DNA of 64,000 nucleotides from Terriglobia bacterium (lineage in GTDB: Bacteria; Acidobacteriota; Terriglobia; JAJPHL01; JAPKYU01). Under the pieces are notes generated by a model. That model was given only the letters and a program-made list of their open reading frames with translations. It did not search any database and was not told the origin of the DNA. Location: the NCBI GenBank assembly GCA_965206645.1, contig CBDBKE010000002.1, positions 160,001 through 224,000 of the forward strand, in the 5' to 3' direction. Position 1 is the stretch's first letter. Every line of letters begins with the position of its first letter. This document shows, piece after piece, positions 13,640 through 24,521 of this stretch. The position numbers were made by a program, and so were the translations under genes.

Positions 13640-13692
13640 CCACTTATCACCACTTTCGCCCACTTTTTACCCTTTCCACCCACAACTGTCAA
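13640..13692 (-). promoter_or_regulatory. dcw promoter with MraZ-binding GTGG repeats
   Basis: Plus-strand CCAC at 13640, 13650, 13660 and 13680 (10-bp period; CCCT at 13670). Minus-strand TTGACA (13692-13687) N17 TAAAAA. Confidence 0.8.
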
Positions 13693-13809
13693 GGGAAATT
13701 TTGGCCTCCCCGTAACCCAGGCCGTGGAGATAGCCCGGCTACGACTGGTTGAGGAATCTAGGGGTTGGCTGTCTATATGTGGTATGGAACGGGGTGGTAC
13801 ACGGCCATC

Positions 13810-14358
13810 CTACCCTGTCAAGACACTAGCACGCCCAAGTTGAAGTTCAGCTAGGTCGATCCAATCGCCCGCATTGTTCTGGCGTACGAAGGTCAGCGTC
13901 CTTGCCGGATGGCAGCGGGGCCCGGCATAGGCGGCAAATCCGCTGGAAACCTGGGCGAACACATCCAGGATGCGTTGCTCGCTCAGATCCTGGGCGATGG
14001 TGATGTGTGGGACGAACTCGAGCGGCTCCGGGCAGGCTAGGTATCCACGGTTCAAAGTCTGGTGCAAGCGGCGCAATTGGTCGGCCCCCTGCCTGAGCCC
14101 CAGGTAGACAACGCTATGAACGGGGAGGAAGGTCTGTACGCTGCCGACCTCCAGCTCGAAAGGTTCCCACCCGACGCACTGCGCGCGTGCCTCTTCCGCA
14201 GCCGCCTCCTCGGAAATGACCAGCGGGCGAGGCGGAAGTACCGTCACGTGGGCACCCTTGCCTGCGTATTCGGGGTTGAGCTGCTCCCGGAGGCGGTTCA
14301 CAAATTGGGCCAGAGGACCATGCAGGTAGACGACAATGGCGTAGGTTTGCTCCTGCAT
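13810..14358 (-). CDS. 2H phosphoesterase (2'-5' RNA ligase family)
   Basis: Two HxT motifs (AHVTV, PHITI). Confidence 0.85.
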   Translation of the reverse strand: MQEQTYAIVVYLHGPLAQFVNRLREQLNPEYAGKGAHVTVLPPRPLVISEEAAAEEARAQCVGWEPFELEVGSVQTFLPVHSVVYLGLRQGADQLRRLHQTLNRGYLACPEPLEFVPHITIAQDLSEQRILDVFAQVSSGFAAYAGPRCHPARTLTFVRQNNAGDWIDLAELQLGRASVLTG

Positions 14359-14463
14359 TCGATCTAGAAACACAATACGGGCAGAACGTTAAAAATGTCA
14401 ACGCAGCCCTTGCCCCACCGGGCGCGGATAACCAAGCGAGTCACTGTCCCGGAGCCGACAACT

Positions 14464-15867
14464 TCACTCCGGCCGGAGCGTGCGGAGGTCGATGCTGAGC
14501 TGCCTGCATTTCTTGTGAAAGTGGCTGCGCTCCAAGCCCAAGGTGCGAGCGGTCGGCGCGATCTGGTAGCCGTGCTGTTCCAGCGCCTCCAGCACCACCT
14601 GCCGCTCAACCTCTTCCATGGTTTCTTTCAAGGGGCGGCCGCGGAAGCCAAATTGGCCGGAGTCGCGACTGGAGGCTCGACCGGAGGCACCGGGCGCTGT
14701 GCCTAGCAACTCATCCACCAGCGGGCCAGCGATTTCGCCCCCGCGTGCCAGAATCAACGCCCGTTCCACCACGTTCCGCAGTTCCCGCACATTGCCCGGC
14801 CAGCCGTAGCGGACCAGCCGCTCTAGGGCCTCAGGCGCGATGCGCGCCTCCTTCCAGTTGTTCCTCAGGGCGATCTCGCGGGCGAAGTGCTCGGCCAGCA
14901 GCGGTATGTCCTCCAGACGTTCGCGCAACGGCGGCACAGCGATGGGGAAGACGTAGATGCGGTGGAGGAGGTCTTCGCGGAACTGGCCGGCGGCGATCAG
15001 GCGGCGCAAATCCTTGTTGGTGGCAGTCACCACTCGGACGTCGGCGGAAATCATCCGATGGGAACCGATGCGTTCGAACTGGCGCTCCTGCAGCACGCGC
15101 AGCAGCTTGGCCTGCATCGGCGCAGGCATGTCGCCGATCTCGTCCAGGAACAGTGTTCCCCCGTTGGCCGCCTCGAACTTGCCGATGTGTCGGCTGACGG
15201 CCCCGGTGAAGGAACCCTTCTCGTGGCCGAACAACTCACTCTCGATGAGTTCGGCCGGCACGGCGGCGCAGTTGAGCTGGACGAAGGTGCCGTCGCGGCG
15301 CGGGCTGGTGCGGTGGATGGCGCGAGCCACCAGCTCCTTCCCTACCCCGGTTTCGCCCAGAATGCAGACGGTTGAGTCGGTGGGCGCCACCAGCTCCACC
15401 TGGGAGGCGACTTGCTGCATCGCTCGGCTGCGAAACAGCAGCTCGCCGCCGCCCATCTGGCCTCCCACCTGGCGGCGGAGTTCGACGTTCTCTTCTTCCA
15501 GGCGGCGCAGGCGCACCGCGTTCTCCACTGTCACCAGCAGCTTTTGCGCCGAGACCGGCTTTTCCAGGAAATCAATGGCGCCGGAGCGCGTGGCGCTGAC
15601 GGCAATCTCAATGTTGGCCTGGCCGGAGATCATCACGACCGGCAGGTCCGGGCGCTCGCGGCGGATCGCTTCCAGCAGTTCCAGCCCGCTGGTCCCGGGC
15701 ATCACCACGTCGGAAACCACAGCATCCACGCTGTTCTCGCGCAGTCGCTGAAGCGCCGTTCCAGCCGATTCGGCGACCACCGCTTCCAACCCCTCCATGC
15801 GAAACGCCCGCGCCAGCTGCGCCAGCGTGTTGGGGTCGTCATCCACGATCAGGATTTTCAATTTCAT
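14464..15867 (-). CDS. Sigma54-dependent response regulator (NtrC/NtrX family)
   Basis: REC domain, GETGVGKE, ESELFGHEKGSFTGA, WPGNVREL, C-terminal HTH. Confidence 0.95.
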   Translation of the reverse strand: MKLKILIVDDDPNTLAQLARAFRMEGLEAVVAESAGTALQRLRENSVDAVVSDVVMPGTSGLELLEAIRRERPDLPVVMISGQANIEIAVSATRSGAIDFLEKPVSAQKLLVTVENAVRLRRLEEENVELRRQVGGQMGGGELLFRSRAMQQVASQVELVAPTDSTVCILGETGVGKELVARAIHRTSPRRDGTFVQLNCAAVPAELIESELFGHEKGSFTGAVSRHIGKFEAANGGTLFLDEIGDMPAPMQAKLLRVLQERQFERIGSHRMISADVRVVTATNKDLRRLIAAGQFREDLLHRIYVFPIAVPPLRERLEDIPLLAEHFAREIALRNNWKEARIAPEALERLVRYGWPGNVRELRNVVERALILARGGEIAGPLVDELLGTAPGASGRASSRDSGQFGFRGRPLKETMEEVERQVVLEALEQHGYQIAPTARTLGLERSHFHKKCRQLSIDLRTLRPE

Positions 15868-17699
15868 GATGAGGAGAGCTCGATGCGGAAGCGAGTCCCT
15901 TTCTGGGGGGCGCTTTCCACCGTGATGCGGCCGCCGTGGTCGGCTACTATCGACTGCACGATGGCCAATCCCAGTCCTGTGCCGTGCTGCTTGGTGGTGT
16001 AATAGGGACTAAAGACGCGCTGCTGCTCGTCTTCGTTAAGTCCCCGGCCGGTGTCGGCGACTTCCACGACGGCGCGGCCGTTGTGGGTGAAGACACACAG
16101 TTCTAGACGGCCGCCGCCGGGCATAGCGTCCAGTGCGTTCAATACCAGGTTTCCCAGGGCCTGGCTCACCAGGTAGGGATCGGCGTGGGCCACTACGGGT
16201 TCCTGGGCCAGCTGCAAATCCAGCGCGATGCTCTCCTGACGGATGCGCGCTTCGTACAGGCGCGCCGTCTTTTCAAGCAGGCCCCTCAAGTCAGTCTGCT
16301 CCGGCTCCGGCCGCGGCATCCGGGCAAAATCATTGAAGCGCGCCACAATCTGTTTTAGCTCCTCGAGTTCGGCCAGAAGCGTGGTCGTTCCTTCCTCAAA
16401 GACTTCGTTGAAGTTGGCCGGATCGGTCTGGCAGGCACGGCGCAGGTTCTCAATCGAGAGCTGGAGCGGGAACAACGGGTTCTTCAGCTCGTGGGCCAGG
16501 CGGCGGGCCAGCTCGCGCCAAGCGGCCACTCGCTCGGCTTGCATCAGACGCTCACGATGTTCTCGCAGGCTGGAGGCCATCTGGTTGAACGCGCCTGAGA
16601 GACGGGCCATCTCATCATCTCCGCGCAGCCGGATGCGGTACTCCAGATTGCCGCCAGCCACCTCCCGGGAGGCACGTACCAGATCGGCGACCGGGGCGGT
16701 GATTCTGTGGGCCAGCACCACCGTCAGCACCATGGCAGCCAGCAACCCTAACGCCCCGGCCACCACGGCCGCCCAATACAGCGAGCGGATCACCTGGACC
16801 CGTTCGGCCCCCGATACGGTGACCACCAGGGCGCCCAGCGTGGTTCCGGCAACGTCGCGAATCGGTGTGCCTGCGACGCTGGAGGGCGCAGTCACGCCTT
16901 CCGCGCGCACCAGTTCGCCCCGGTACTCCGCGCCAGAAAGGACCACGCGTTCTGCGACGAGGCGTAGGGCTTCCCCGACGCCGGGCCCTCGTCGGCTCTG
17001 CTGCTCGCCGGCAGCTTCCCGCTGGAACGCCGTGGGCGCGGGCCGCCGGCCGGCCGCCCCGGACATGGGCACCAGTTGCCCCTGCTCGGCCAGGCGGAAC
17101 AGAACCACATGTTCCAAGCCTGCCTGGCTGAGTTCGCTGACGAAGGACTCGTCCAGAGGGTACCCACCTATCAGGTACAGCTGACGCGCCCCGAGGCCGA
17201 GCTCGCGCACCACCTCGACTGCCAGCACCTGCCCCGAGGGCAACTCCTCCAGGCGCACAAAGGGGGTCTTGCGCGAGACCAGTCGCGCCAAGCCTGGTTC
17301 TCGGTAGCCGGCGCGCGCCTGCCACTGGGCCGAAGAGAGGATTGTTCCGTCCTCTGCGATCAGTTGCAGCAGGTCCAGCTCGTGAGCGCGTGCCAGCGTG
17401 GATGCTTCCGTCAGGAAAACGCCTGGAGCGGGGGTTCCCTGCGGCGACTGGTTCAGTGCGATCGCCATCCGGGTGGCGGCTTCGCTTTCCGAGGCCGCAG
17501 TCACACGCCGGCCCGCCAGCTCGCCGCGGCGCTGGATGCTCGCCTGCGCCTGCCCCAGTACCCCTTCGATTCGTTCCCGGTCGCTGCGAAGGAAGGAAGC
17601 CCCCACCAGCCGCGTGGCCACGAATGCCACGACCGCCACCGCCACCACGGTGGTGACGCCAAACGCCAACAGCAACTTCCAGCGGAAACTCAAGCGCAT
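15864..17699 (-). CDS. HAMP-domain sensor histidine kinase (NtrY-like)
   Basis: Two TMs, HAMP, AHELKNPL H-box, N/G1/G2 boxes; overlaps the regulator by 4 nt. Confidence 0.93.
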   Translation of the reverse strand: MRLSFRWKLLLAFGVTTVVAVAVVAFVATRLVGASFLRSDRERIEGVLGQAQASIQRRGELAGRRVTAASESEAATRMAIALNQSPQGTPAPGVFLTEASTLARAHELDLLQLIAEDGTILSSAQWQARAGYREPGLARLVSRKTPFVRLEELPSGQVLAVEVVRELGLGARQLYLIGGYPLDESFVSELSQAGLEHVVLFRLAEQGQLVPMSGAAGRRPAPTAFQREAAGEQQSRRGPGVGEALRLVAERVVLSGAEYRGELVRAEGVTAPSSVAGTPIRDVAGTTLGALVVTVSGAERVQVIRSLYWAAVVAGALGLLAAMVLTVVLAHRITAPVADLVRASREVAGGNLEYRIRLRGDDEMARLSGAFNQMASSLREHRERLMQAERVAAWRELARRLAHELKNPLFPLQLSIENLRRACQTDPANFNEVFEEGTTTLLAELEELKQIVARFNDFARMPRPEPEQTDLRGLLEKTARLYEARIRQESIALDLQLAQEPVVAHADPYLVSQALGNLVLNALDAMPGGGRLELCVFTHNGRAVVEVADTGRGLNEDEQQRVFSPYYTTKQHGTGLGLAIVQSIVADHGGRITVESAPQKGTRFRIELSSS

Positions 17700-17784
17700 G
17701 GTTGGCGCTCATCCAGGGATCGCGCGGACGACGGGAATCCGCTAGGAGATCTTCGGCTTCCCGATGGCATAAGGCCGACGCGGG

Positions 17785-19305
17785 TTATCGCTTCCAAGCA
17801 TTGGCCAAGTCCAGCATACCACTTTCCCTCAGGCGCACCTGTTCCAGGCCGGACTGGAAACTGTACTGGTCGCGGCAATGAAGCAGCGGGATCAGGCGCA
17901 GATCCTCCAGCGCCGCTCTCTCCAGCCGGTACTGGAGCTCAATCGAGCGGCCTGGCTGGAACAGTTCCACCGGAACCCGCTCCGGGGTGTGGCGAGACAG
18001 CAGGTCGGCCAGAGCGGCCGCAGGGTGTTCTACACGCAGGGACACCGATTCCAGGAACAGGTCATAGCGGCCCGCTTGCCGGGCCTGTCTGAAGCCGGCG
18101 CCAGGGAGGCCCTGCGGGCGCAACTCCATCCCCACGCCGCGCAAGTCCAATGCGAGCCGCGAAGCAGCCAGTTCTGCTACCGGATCGGCCGCGTCATAGA
18201 TCAACCGAAGCGGTCCCCGAGGCAGCGCACCGGCGGGCTGTGGTAGAGGCCGGGCCGGCGCAGCCTTTCGCCAAGCTCCGAACCCAAGCAGAAAATCGTA
18301 GCCGCTCACCCAACCCGGCAAGAATGCCTTTGCCGCACGGGCCCGCCCCGGCGGCAGCAGGCCGGCGAGCGCTTCCCGGTCCAATACGGCCAGCAGCGCC
18401 TGGCGGGCAGCGAGCCCGCCCTGCCCGCCTCCGCGCAAGAACGCCGTGGTAGGGGAAAAGCCCAGCAGCAGCAGGTTGGAAGGAGGCGTAGCGCGCACCT
18501 GGCCTGGGGCACGAGCTTCCGTGGGCACTGCTACAAGCACGTCCACGCGCTTCAGTTCGAAATCGACCCGCTGCCGCCGCGGGTCGGTTCCGAATCTTGC
18601 TTCAATTGCGTCCAGGAAGGGCCGGCCCTGCCGGTACTCGTCGAATGCTTCCAGTCGAGCACGAGTTCCCAGCGACCAGGAGGCCAGCTTCCAGGGGCCG
18701 GTACCGGCTCCGTCAGACTCGGCGCTGGCCAGAGCCGGATCGGCCAGCAGCTTCGGCAGCGCCGCTATGGGCTTAGCCAGGTTGCAGGTCAGGCGGTTCG
18801 GGGAAGGCGATGCGCACCTGAATCGCGCGCGGCGCAGGTAAGCTGCGCTAGCCGTCTGCGCCCGGGCCACTGCCCGTTCCAGGGAGGCCTGCACCGATGC
18901 CGCATTCAGAGGCGCTCCATTGTGGAACCGGATGCCGGGACGCAATTGAAAGACCCAGCGCTTGCCCCCCAATTCTGCATGCCAACGAGCGGCCAGCCCC
19001 GGCGCGGCAGCCATGGCTCTGCCCTCCCGATCATCCCCCTCCCGATCATCCCCTTCCCGATCATCCAACACCACCAGGGTCTCGTAGAGGGTGCGGGCGA
19101 GGAGGCGTTCGGGCAGCGTGGTAGCTGCCGTAGGGTCGTAAGTCTCCGCGGTTTGGTAAAAAACCAGCCGGAGGGTGCCGCCGTAGCGCGGTCGAGCGGC
19201 GCCGGACAACTGCAGCACCTCGCTGAAAATGCAGGCGCAAATCAACAAGGCTTGCCGAGCACGAATCCGGCGCTTGCCCTGTGGCCGCAGCTTCACGGCG
19301 AGCAC
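17785..19305 (-). CDS. Family-5 extracellular solute-binding protein (SgrR/OppA-like)
   Basis: RPRYGGTLR, YETLV, WVFQLRPGIRFHNG, GTGPW. Confidence 0.8.
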   Translation of the reverse strand: MLAVKLRPQGKRRIRARQALLICACIFSEVLQLSGAARPRYGGTLRLVFYQTAETYDPTAATTLPERLLARTLYETLVVLDDREGDDREGDDREGRAMAAAPGLAARWHAELGGKRWVFQLRPGIRFHNGAPLNAASVQASLERAVARAQTASAAYLRRARFRCASPSPNRLTCNLAKPIAALPKLLADPALASAESDGAGTGPWKLASWSLGTRARLEAFDEYRQGRPFLDAIEARFGTDPRRQRVDFELKRVDVLVAVPTEARAPGQVRATPPSNLLLLGFSPTTAFLRGGGQGGLAARQALLAVLDREALAGLLPPGRARAAKAFLPGWVSGYDFLLGFGAWRKAAPARPLPQPAGALPRGPLRLIYDAADPVAELAASRLALDLRGVGMELRPQGLPGAGFRQARQAGRYDLFLESVSLRVEHPAAALADLLSRHTPERVPVELFQPGRSIELQYRLERAALEDLRLIPLLHCRDQYSFQSGLEQVRLRESGMLDLANAWKR

Positions 19306-20551
19306 CTCAGTTCGATTTCTTCGATGCGGGTGGCCTGGTTGGCTTGAGCCGCGACGTCGCTTTGAACCACGGCGCTGCTTTGAACCACGGCGTTGGTTTG
19401 AACAACAGCGTTGCTTTGAATGACGGCAAGGATGCGCCGCGCTTTGCCGACAGGAGCGAGAGTCTTCAGACGACGGACGGCGCCTTCCATCGCCAGGCTA
19501 GTGAAGGGCAGCAGACGGTCATTCTCTACACGAAGGACACTGATGCGGTCGCGGACCGGATGCGGCTCGGGGCCGGCCGCCATCACGACGGTCCCCGTGC
19601 AGGGCAGGGCCGCCGAGGCGACATCGCCTCCGAAAGGGCCGGAAGCGATGCTGATCGGCCGCAAGCTGGCGTCGGTCAGCACCAGACGTCCGGTACCGTC
19701 CAACAGGACCCAGCGCGCGCGGAGCGGGCTGCGCACCGGGGCCAAACCGTACAGCTTCGCCACCGGACCGCCGTAAAGGAAGTTCCTGCCGGCAGCGAGC
19801 CGGAACTGGAGGGAGACAGCACGCCATGGATGTGACATCCGTAGTGGGGCCGAAGCTTCCAAGCTCCTGAGAGTGTAGCCCTCAATGGTCCGGGGAGGCG
19901 CCGGCGCCAGCGTCTCGGCGGCGGAATACAACTCCAACCGGCGCGGGCTGTCGTGCGCCAGCAACCGTACCAGCGGGTCGCGCAAGCGCTCGGCTCCCGT
20001 GTCGAGCCTGACCTCTGCTTTTACTGGGGCTTTGACCGGCGGACCGGCGGCGTTCAAGTCGAAGACAACCAGGCGGTCCGGGTGCAGGACAAAGAGGTTT
20101 CCCTCCCGATCGGCCTCCAGGTCCAGCACCGGAAGCTCGGTGGTCAGTAGCGTCCGGGTGCGGATAACCATCGGAGGGCCTTCCGGTTGAATCGGTTCGG
20201 GCGCCGAGCCGGGCGAAAACTCGGCAAACAGCCCGCTACCTCCTTACCTTTACGCAGGATTCGTACCGTAGCCAGTGGCCGGCCACGGCGCAGGCTCAGG
20301 TAGGCAAACACCTGATGGCTGAATTTCCCCGCGGCCATCAGCTCAAATCCTTCAAGCAGGAGCGCTTCTTGCAAGGCGCTGCCGAGTTGGCCGGCAGCGC
20401 CGACCCCTCCAGCGTCCTCCACCTGCAACAGAACGCGACTGTGCGGACCCGGCGCCTGGCTCTGAGCCAGGGCCTGCGCCACCCTTCGAGCAAAGGCGTC
20501 GACTTCCGTCTGGGGCAGGCTTAGTGCCAGAAGCAAAACAAGCGGGAGCAT
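19293..20551 (-). pseudogene. Secreted hypothetical protein split by an apparent frameshift near 20230-20240
   Basis: The signal-peptide ORF 20144..20551 switches to the frame of 19293..20171 (LFAEFSPGSAPEPIQPEGPPMVIR reads open upstream of the second ATG). Confidence 0.5.
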
Positions 20552-20613
20552 GCGCCGATATTACCCTAGTGTTGTGTCCCGGAAAAATGTTGCATATGTT
20601 TGTGTGCTTGTGG

Positions 20614-20683
20614 GACCGCTTGCTGACGCGCGCGGCTCTGTATCTTCAACGCGCTTCCGAGCCACGAGCGTGAGCGAGTGGTC
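20614..20683. repeat. Extragenic palindromic element
   Basis: GACCGCTTGCTGACGCGCGCGGCTC...GAGCCACGAGCGTGAGCGAGTGGTC imperfect inverted pair. Confidence 0.6.
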
Positions 20684-20885
20684 ATACGGACGCGAAGCCC
20701 TGACTCGCGGACAGGTGCGATTGAGAAATTTCACAGATTGCTGTCCGGATGCTCCCGCGGAACCCCGGAGCGCATGATCCGGAGCAGGAGCTTCAGGAGG
20801 AAGTAGTCGGCGGCCAGTGCCATCTGGAAACCCACCACGGCCGCCAAGGAGACGTACAGCGTGTCTGCGAAGCCCAGTTCCATGG

Positions 20886-21515
20886 CTAGCTCCCCCCGAC
20901 CAGATCGCCAGTGCCGGTGTCGGTGCCGTCTGGGCGATACGAGTCGCGCAAGGTGGCGGCGTCAGCCGTCACCGACTCAGCCAGGATTTCCACCTGGTCG
21001 CCAACTTCCAGGTGGGCAAACAGGTCTTCGGCCTCGCGGTTGAGCATGCGAATGCAGCCGCGGGAGGCCGCGTGCCCGATGGAGTCGGGGTCGTTGGTTC
21101 CGTGGATGCCGTACCCTTTCCTGTCCAAGCCCATCCAGCGCGTCCCTACTGGATTCTTCTTGCCCGGCGGGATCACTTGCTTGTTCGGTCCGTACCAGGT
21201 GGGGTTCTTGACCTTGGTAGAAACTTGAAAGGTGCCGAGTGGGGTCGGTGTCGAGGGCTTGCCCACGGCGATGGGGTAGCTCTTCACCCATTCGCCGTTC
21301 TCGAATAGTTCCAGAGTCCTGGCACGGACATTGATCACCAGCCGGCGCTCGCTCTGATGTTCCTGTTCCGGGACGGCGGCAGAGTTTTGAGCGCTGGCGG
21401 GCTCCATTGCTGTCAAAGGGGCTGCCAAATGGGCTGCCAGAAGCGCTATGGCGATCGCCAACGCGGCCCTCGCCAGGGCTGTTTGCTTGATTGGCTTGCT
21501 TCCAGAGGGCATCAT
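20886..21515 (-). CDS. L,D-transpeptidase (YkuD family)
   Basis: Signal peptide, YPIAVGK..TPTP.G, YGIHGT...S.GCIRM. Confidence 0.92.
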   Translation of the reverse strand: MMPSGSKPIKQTALARAALAIAIALLAAHLAAPLTAMEPASAQNSAAVPEQEHQSERRLVINVRARTLELFENGEWVKSYPIAVGKPSTPTPLGTFQVSTKVKNPTWYGPNKQVIPPGKKNPVGTRWMGLDRKGYGIHGTNDPDSIGHAASRGCIRMLNREAEDLFAHLEVGDQVEILAESVTADAATLRDSYRPDGTDTGTGDLVGGS

Positions 21516-21668
21516 GCCCAAGATGAGGGCAGGCCTAGGACCAAAAGCTAACTCATTGCTGGGAAATAACTTGTAGAGAGTTAGGGCAATCCAGGGCGTG
21601 GTGCGGCGAACACTCGCGTCAGAATTGACACGGCCCCGGCGATCCCAGGCGGAAGGATTTTAAGGCGA

Positions 21669-22826
21669 TCAGAAGGCGCGGCCTTCCGCTGTCTGGCGAT
21701 AAATTTCCAGAACGCGTCCGACCGAGCGCTCCCAGGAGAATTTCTTCACCTGCTCCAGGCCACGCTGTCGAAGCAGCTCGCGGGCGTCCACGTCCAGCAG
21801 AACGCGCTTCACCCCGCGAGCGATGTCAAAGACGTTGTCAGGGTTTACCATCACCGCCGCGTTCCCCACCACCTCCGGCAGGGAGGAGACATTGGAGACC
21901 ACCACCGGCGTGCCCTGCGCCATCGCCTCCAGCGGCGGGAGGCCGAATCCTTCGTGCAGCGAGGGGAAGACAAACACCTCGGCTGAGGAATAGAACACTC
22001 GCAGCACGTCCACCGGCACGAAGCCCAGGAAGCGCACATCCTGTTGGATGCGGGTCTTGACCACCGTGCTGCGCAGGTGAGGGTGCTTGCCCAGTTCATC
22101 GCCGATCAGGATCAGCTTCAGGCCGCCGTAGACAGGGTGCGCCCGCAACTCTCCCTTCAGTACGGCAAAAGCCTCGATGAGACGGACCAGGTTTTTCTGT
22201 GCCTTAACGTTACCGGCGTAAAGGACGAATGGATAGTTGACCCCGTAGCGCTCCAGCGCCAACTTTTTTTCTTCGTGACGAGTAGGAACGCTGAAACGCT
22301 CGTCAATAGCGTTATGCACGACCTCAACTTTTCTTGGAGGGATCCGGCAAAGTTCGGTCAGGTCCAGGTGGGTGGCGCGGGAAACGGTGATGATGCGGGC
22401 CGCGCCGCGCAGTCCGTGCCGCACGAAATAGAGGCGCAGGCTGTTGCGGAATCCGTTGTCGGCGGGAAACAGGAAATCGGCCAGGTCGTGAACAGTGACT
22501 ACATAGCGGCAGGGCACCAGCAGAGGGATGCGCATGTGGGGGATATGCAGCACATCCACGAGCCGCTCCCGCAGCAGGAATCGGAACCGGAAGTGGTTCC
22601 CGGGTGATTCATCACTCTGGGTGTAGTCCACGGACTCAAAATTGGACGGCAGAGCGTCCAGCTCTTCTATCTGTTCCGGCGACCCGATCAGCAGATAATG
22701 GTTCTCTGTGTCCTTGTGGAATAAGGTGCGCACCAAGTTACGGATGTAGGTGCCGACGCCGAAGTCGGCCAGGCGTCGCACGTCGATGGCGATGTTCTTC
22801 GGGCGATGTTCATCGGCGATGTTCAT
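21669..22826 (-). CDS. GT4 family glycosyltransferase
   Basis: [18 protein letters not shown] (EX7E), KNL..LIEAF. Confidence 0.93.
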   Translation of the reverse strand: MNIADEHRPKNIAIDVRRLADFGVGTYIRNLVRTLFHKDTENHYLLIGSPEQIEELDALPSNFESVDYTQSDESPGNHFRFRFLLRERLVDVLHIPHMRIPLLVPCRYVVTVHDLADFLFPADNGFRNSLRLYFVRHGLRGAARIITVSRATHLDLTELCRIPPRKVEVVHNAIDERFSVPTRHEEKKLALERYGVNYPFVLYAGNVKAQKNLVRLIEAFAVLKGELRAHPVYGGLKLILIGDELGKHPHLRSTVVKTRIQQDVRFLGFVPVDVLRVFYSSAEVFVFPSLHEGFGLPPLEAMAQGTPVVVSNVSSLPEVVGNAAVMVNPDNVFDIARGVKRVLLDVDARELLRQRGLEQVKKFSWERSVGRVLEIYRQTAEGRAF

Positions 22827-22909
22827 CAAACAACGTCCAAGGCCCTAAGGGTCCAAAGTCGCAAGTCCCAGTCGTTAGGGCTGAGCGACCTTGGGCTCAC
22901 ACCGCGGAC

Positions 22910-24181
22910 TCACACCGCGACGGGACGCAGTTTCCACGCATATAGGGGAAACGCCTCGCACAGCTCGCGCACCTGCTGATGGACCCGCTCGATCCGGTTC
23001 TCGTCGGTGTGGTGGCGCAGCACCTCGCTAATCCAGCGGCCGATCTGGCGCATCTGGTCCTCTTGCATTCCTCGTGTGGTCACTGCGGGCGTGCCCAGCC
23101 GGATCCCGCTGGGGTTGAAGGGAGAATTGGTCTCGAAGGGAATGGTGTTGCGGTTCACGGTGATGCCGGCTCGGTGCAACACCTGTTCGGCCGGTTTCCC
23201 GAGCAGGCCTTCGCGGAACACATCCACCAGCATCAGGTGGGTATCGGTGCCGCCGGAGATCACGCGGAGTCCTTCGTCGGCCAGCGCGGCGGCCAGGGCG
23301 CGCGCGTTGGCCGCGATCTGGGCCTGGTACTGTTTGAACTCAGGCTGCATGGCGTCCTGGAAGCACACGGCCTTGGCCGCAATCATGTGCACCAGCGGCC
23401 CGCCCTGCATGCCGGGAAACACCATTTTGTCAATTGCGGGACCGTATTGGGCACGGGCCAGGATAAAGCCGGAGCGTGGACCCCGAAGGGTCTTGTGGGC
23501 GGTCGAGGTGACGATGTCGGCGTGCGTCACGGGATTGGGGTGCAAGCCGCCGGCCACCAGTCCGGCAAAGTGAGCCATGTCGACCAGCAGTAGAGCGCCT
23601 ACCCGGTCGCAAATCTGGCGCAGGCGCGCAAAGTCAATGATGCGCGAGTAGGCGCTGCCCCCGGCGATCAGCATCTTCGGGCGGTGCTCCTCGGCCAGGC
23701 ACTCCAGTTCGTCGTAGTCAATGGTTTCCGTTTCGCGCGACACTCCATAGGGAATGACCTTGTAGTAGCGGCCGGAAAAGTTTACCGGGCTGCCGTGGGT
23801 CAGGTGACCGCCGTGGGAAAGATTCATCCCGAAGATAGTGTCGCCGGGTTGGAGCACGGCAGCATAGGCGGCCATGTTGGCCTGGCTGCCGGCATGCGGT
23901 TGCACGTTGGCGTGCTCGGCGCCGAACAGGCGCCGCGCGCGTTCGATGGCCAGCGCCTCGACCTCATCGGCCCACTCGCAGCCGCCGTAATAGCGCTTTC
24001 CCGGATAGCCCTCCGCGTACTTATTGGTGAACACCGAGCCCATGGCCTCCAGCACAGCTTCGGAGACGAAGTTCTCGCTGGGGATCAGTTCCAGTTGTTC
24101 CTGCTGCCGGCGTGTCTCATTCTGGATGGCCTCGTACACCCGGGGGTCAACCTCGCGCAGTGGGCGGGCAAAATCCTTCAT
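22910..24181 (-). CDS. glyA: Serine hydroxymethyltransferase
   Basis: [33 protein letters not shown]; ATG 24181 with GAAAGGA RBS. Confidence 0.98.
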   Translation of the reverse strand: MKDFARPLREVDPRVYEAIQNETRRQQEQLELIPSENFVSEAVLEAMGSVFTNKYAEGYPGKRYYGGCEWADEVEALAIERARRLFGAEHANVQPHAGSQANMAAYAAVLQPGDTIFGMNLSHGGHLTHGSPVNFSGRYYKVIPYGVSRETETIDYDELECLAEEHRPKMLIAGGSAYSRIIDFARLRQICDRVGALLLVDMAHFAGLVAGGLHPNPVTHADIVTSTAHKTLRGPRSGFILARAQYGPAIDKMVFPGMQGGPLVHMIAAKAVCFQDAMQPEFKQYQAQIAANARALAAALADEGLRVISGGTDTHLMLVDVFREGLLGKPAEQVLHRAGITVNRNTIPFETNSPFNPSGIRLGTPAVTTRGMQEDQMRQIGRWISEVLRHHTDENRIERVHQQVRELCEAFPLYAWKLRPVAV

Positions 24182-24380
24182 CCCCGATTCCTTTCTAACT
24201 CGGTGATCTTCTTGAGGCGCCTCTGGTGACGCCCGCCAGCGAAGCCTGTTTCCAGCCAGGCGCGAAGCGTCTCCAGCCGGCGCCCACCGCGATCTCCATG
24301 CGGTGATTGTACTATAGGGGCCATTGGCCGCGCGCGTTTCCCAAACAGGAACCCGGAGGGCGCGCACACGCAAAAACCTC

Positions 24381-24410
24381 TAGACAGAGTTTCCCGGGCC
24401 TGCGTATAAT
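24381..24410 (+). promoter_or_regulatory. Sigma70 promoter of the DAHP synthase leader
   Basis: TAGACA-N18-TATAAT. Confidence 0.6.
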
Positions 24411-24417
24411 CCAAAAG

Positions 24418-24492
24418 ATGACGCTCCGAGGCCAACTTTGCGGGTCTCGATTTAGCCGCTCCTACTGGCGTGTCTGCCAGGTGTGCAGCTGA
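24418..24492 (+). CDS. Putative aromatic amino-acid leader peptide MTLRGQLCGSRFSRSYWRVCQVCS
   Basis: Starts 7 nt after TATAAT, contains Phe, Tyr and Trp codons, and is followed by a terminator before the DAHP synthase. Confidence 0.6.
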   Translation: MTLRGQLCGSRFSRSYWRVCQVCS

Positions 24493-24521
24493 GTGCGTCT
24501 TAGGAGTTTGGCATCATCTCG

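Noticed and set aside
13560-13640. Possible ncRNA or ribozyme in the mraZ leader
   Set aside because: No convincing conserved structure or motif could be established by eye
24200-24300. ZTP, glycine or THF riboswitch, or SRP RNA, call for the glyA leader
   Set aside because: The diagnostic consensus motifs were not found by eye; kept only as an unknown structured leader
24182-24373. N-terminal extensions in the ORF track for GlyA (also LysA from 46906 and NTT to 55764)
   Set aside because: Family similarity and RBS position support later starts at 24181, 47353 and 55644
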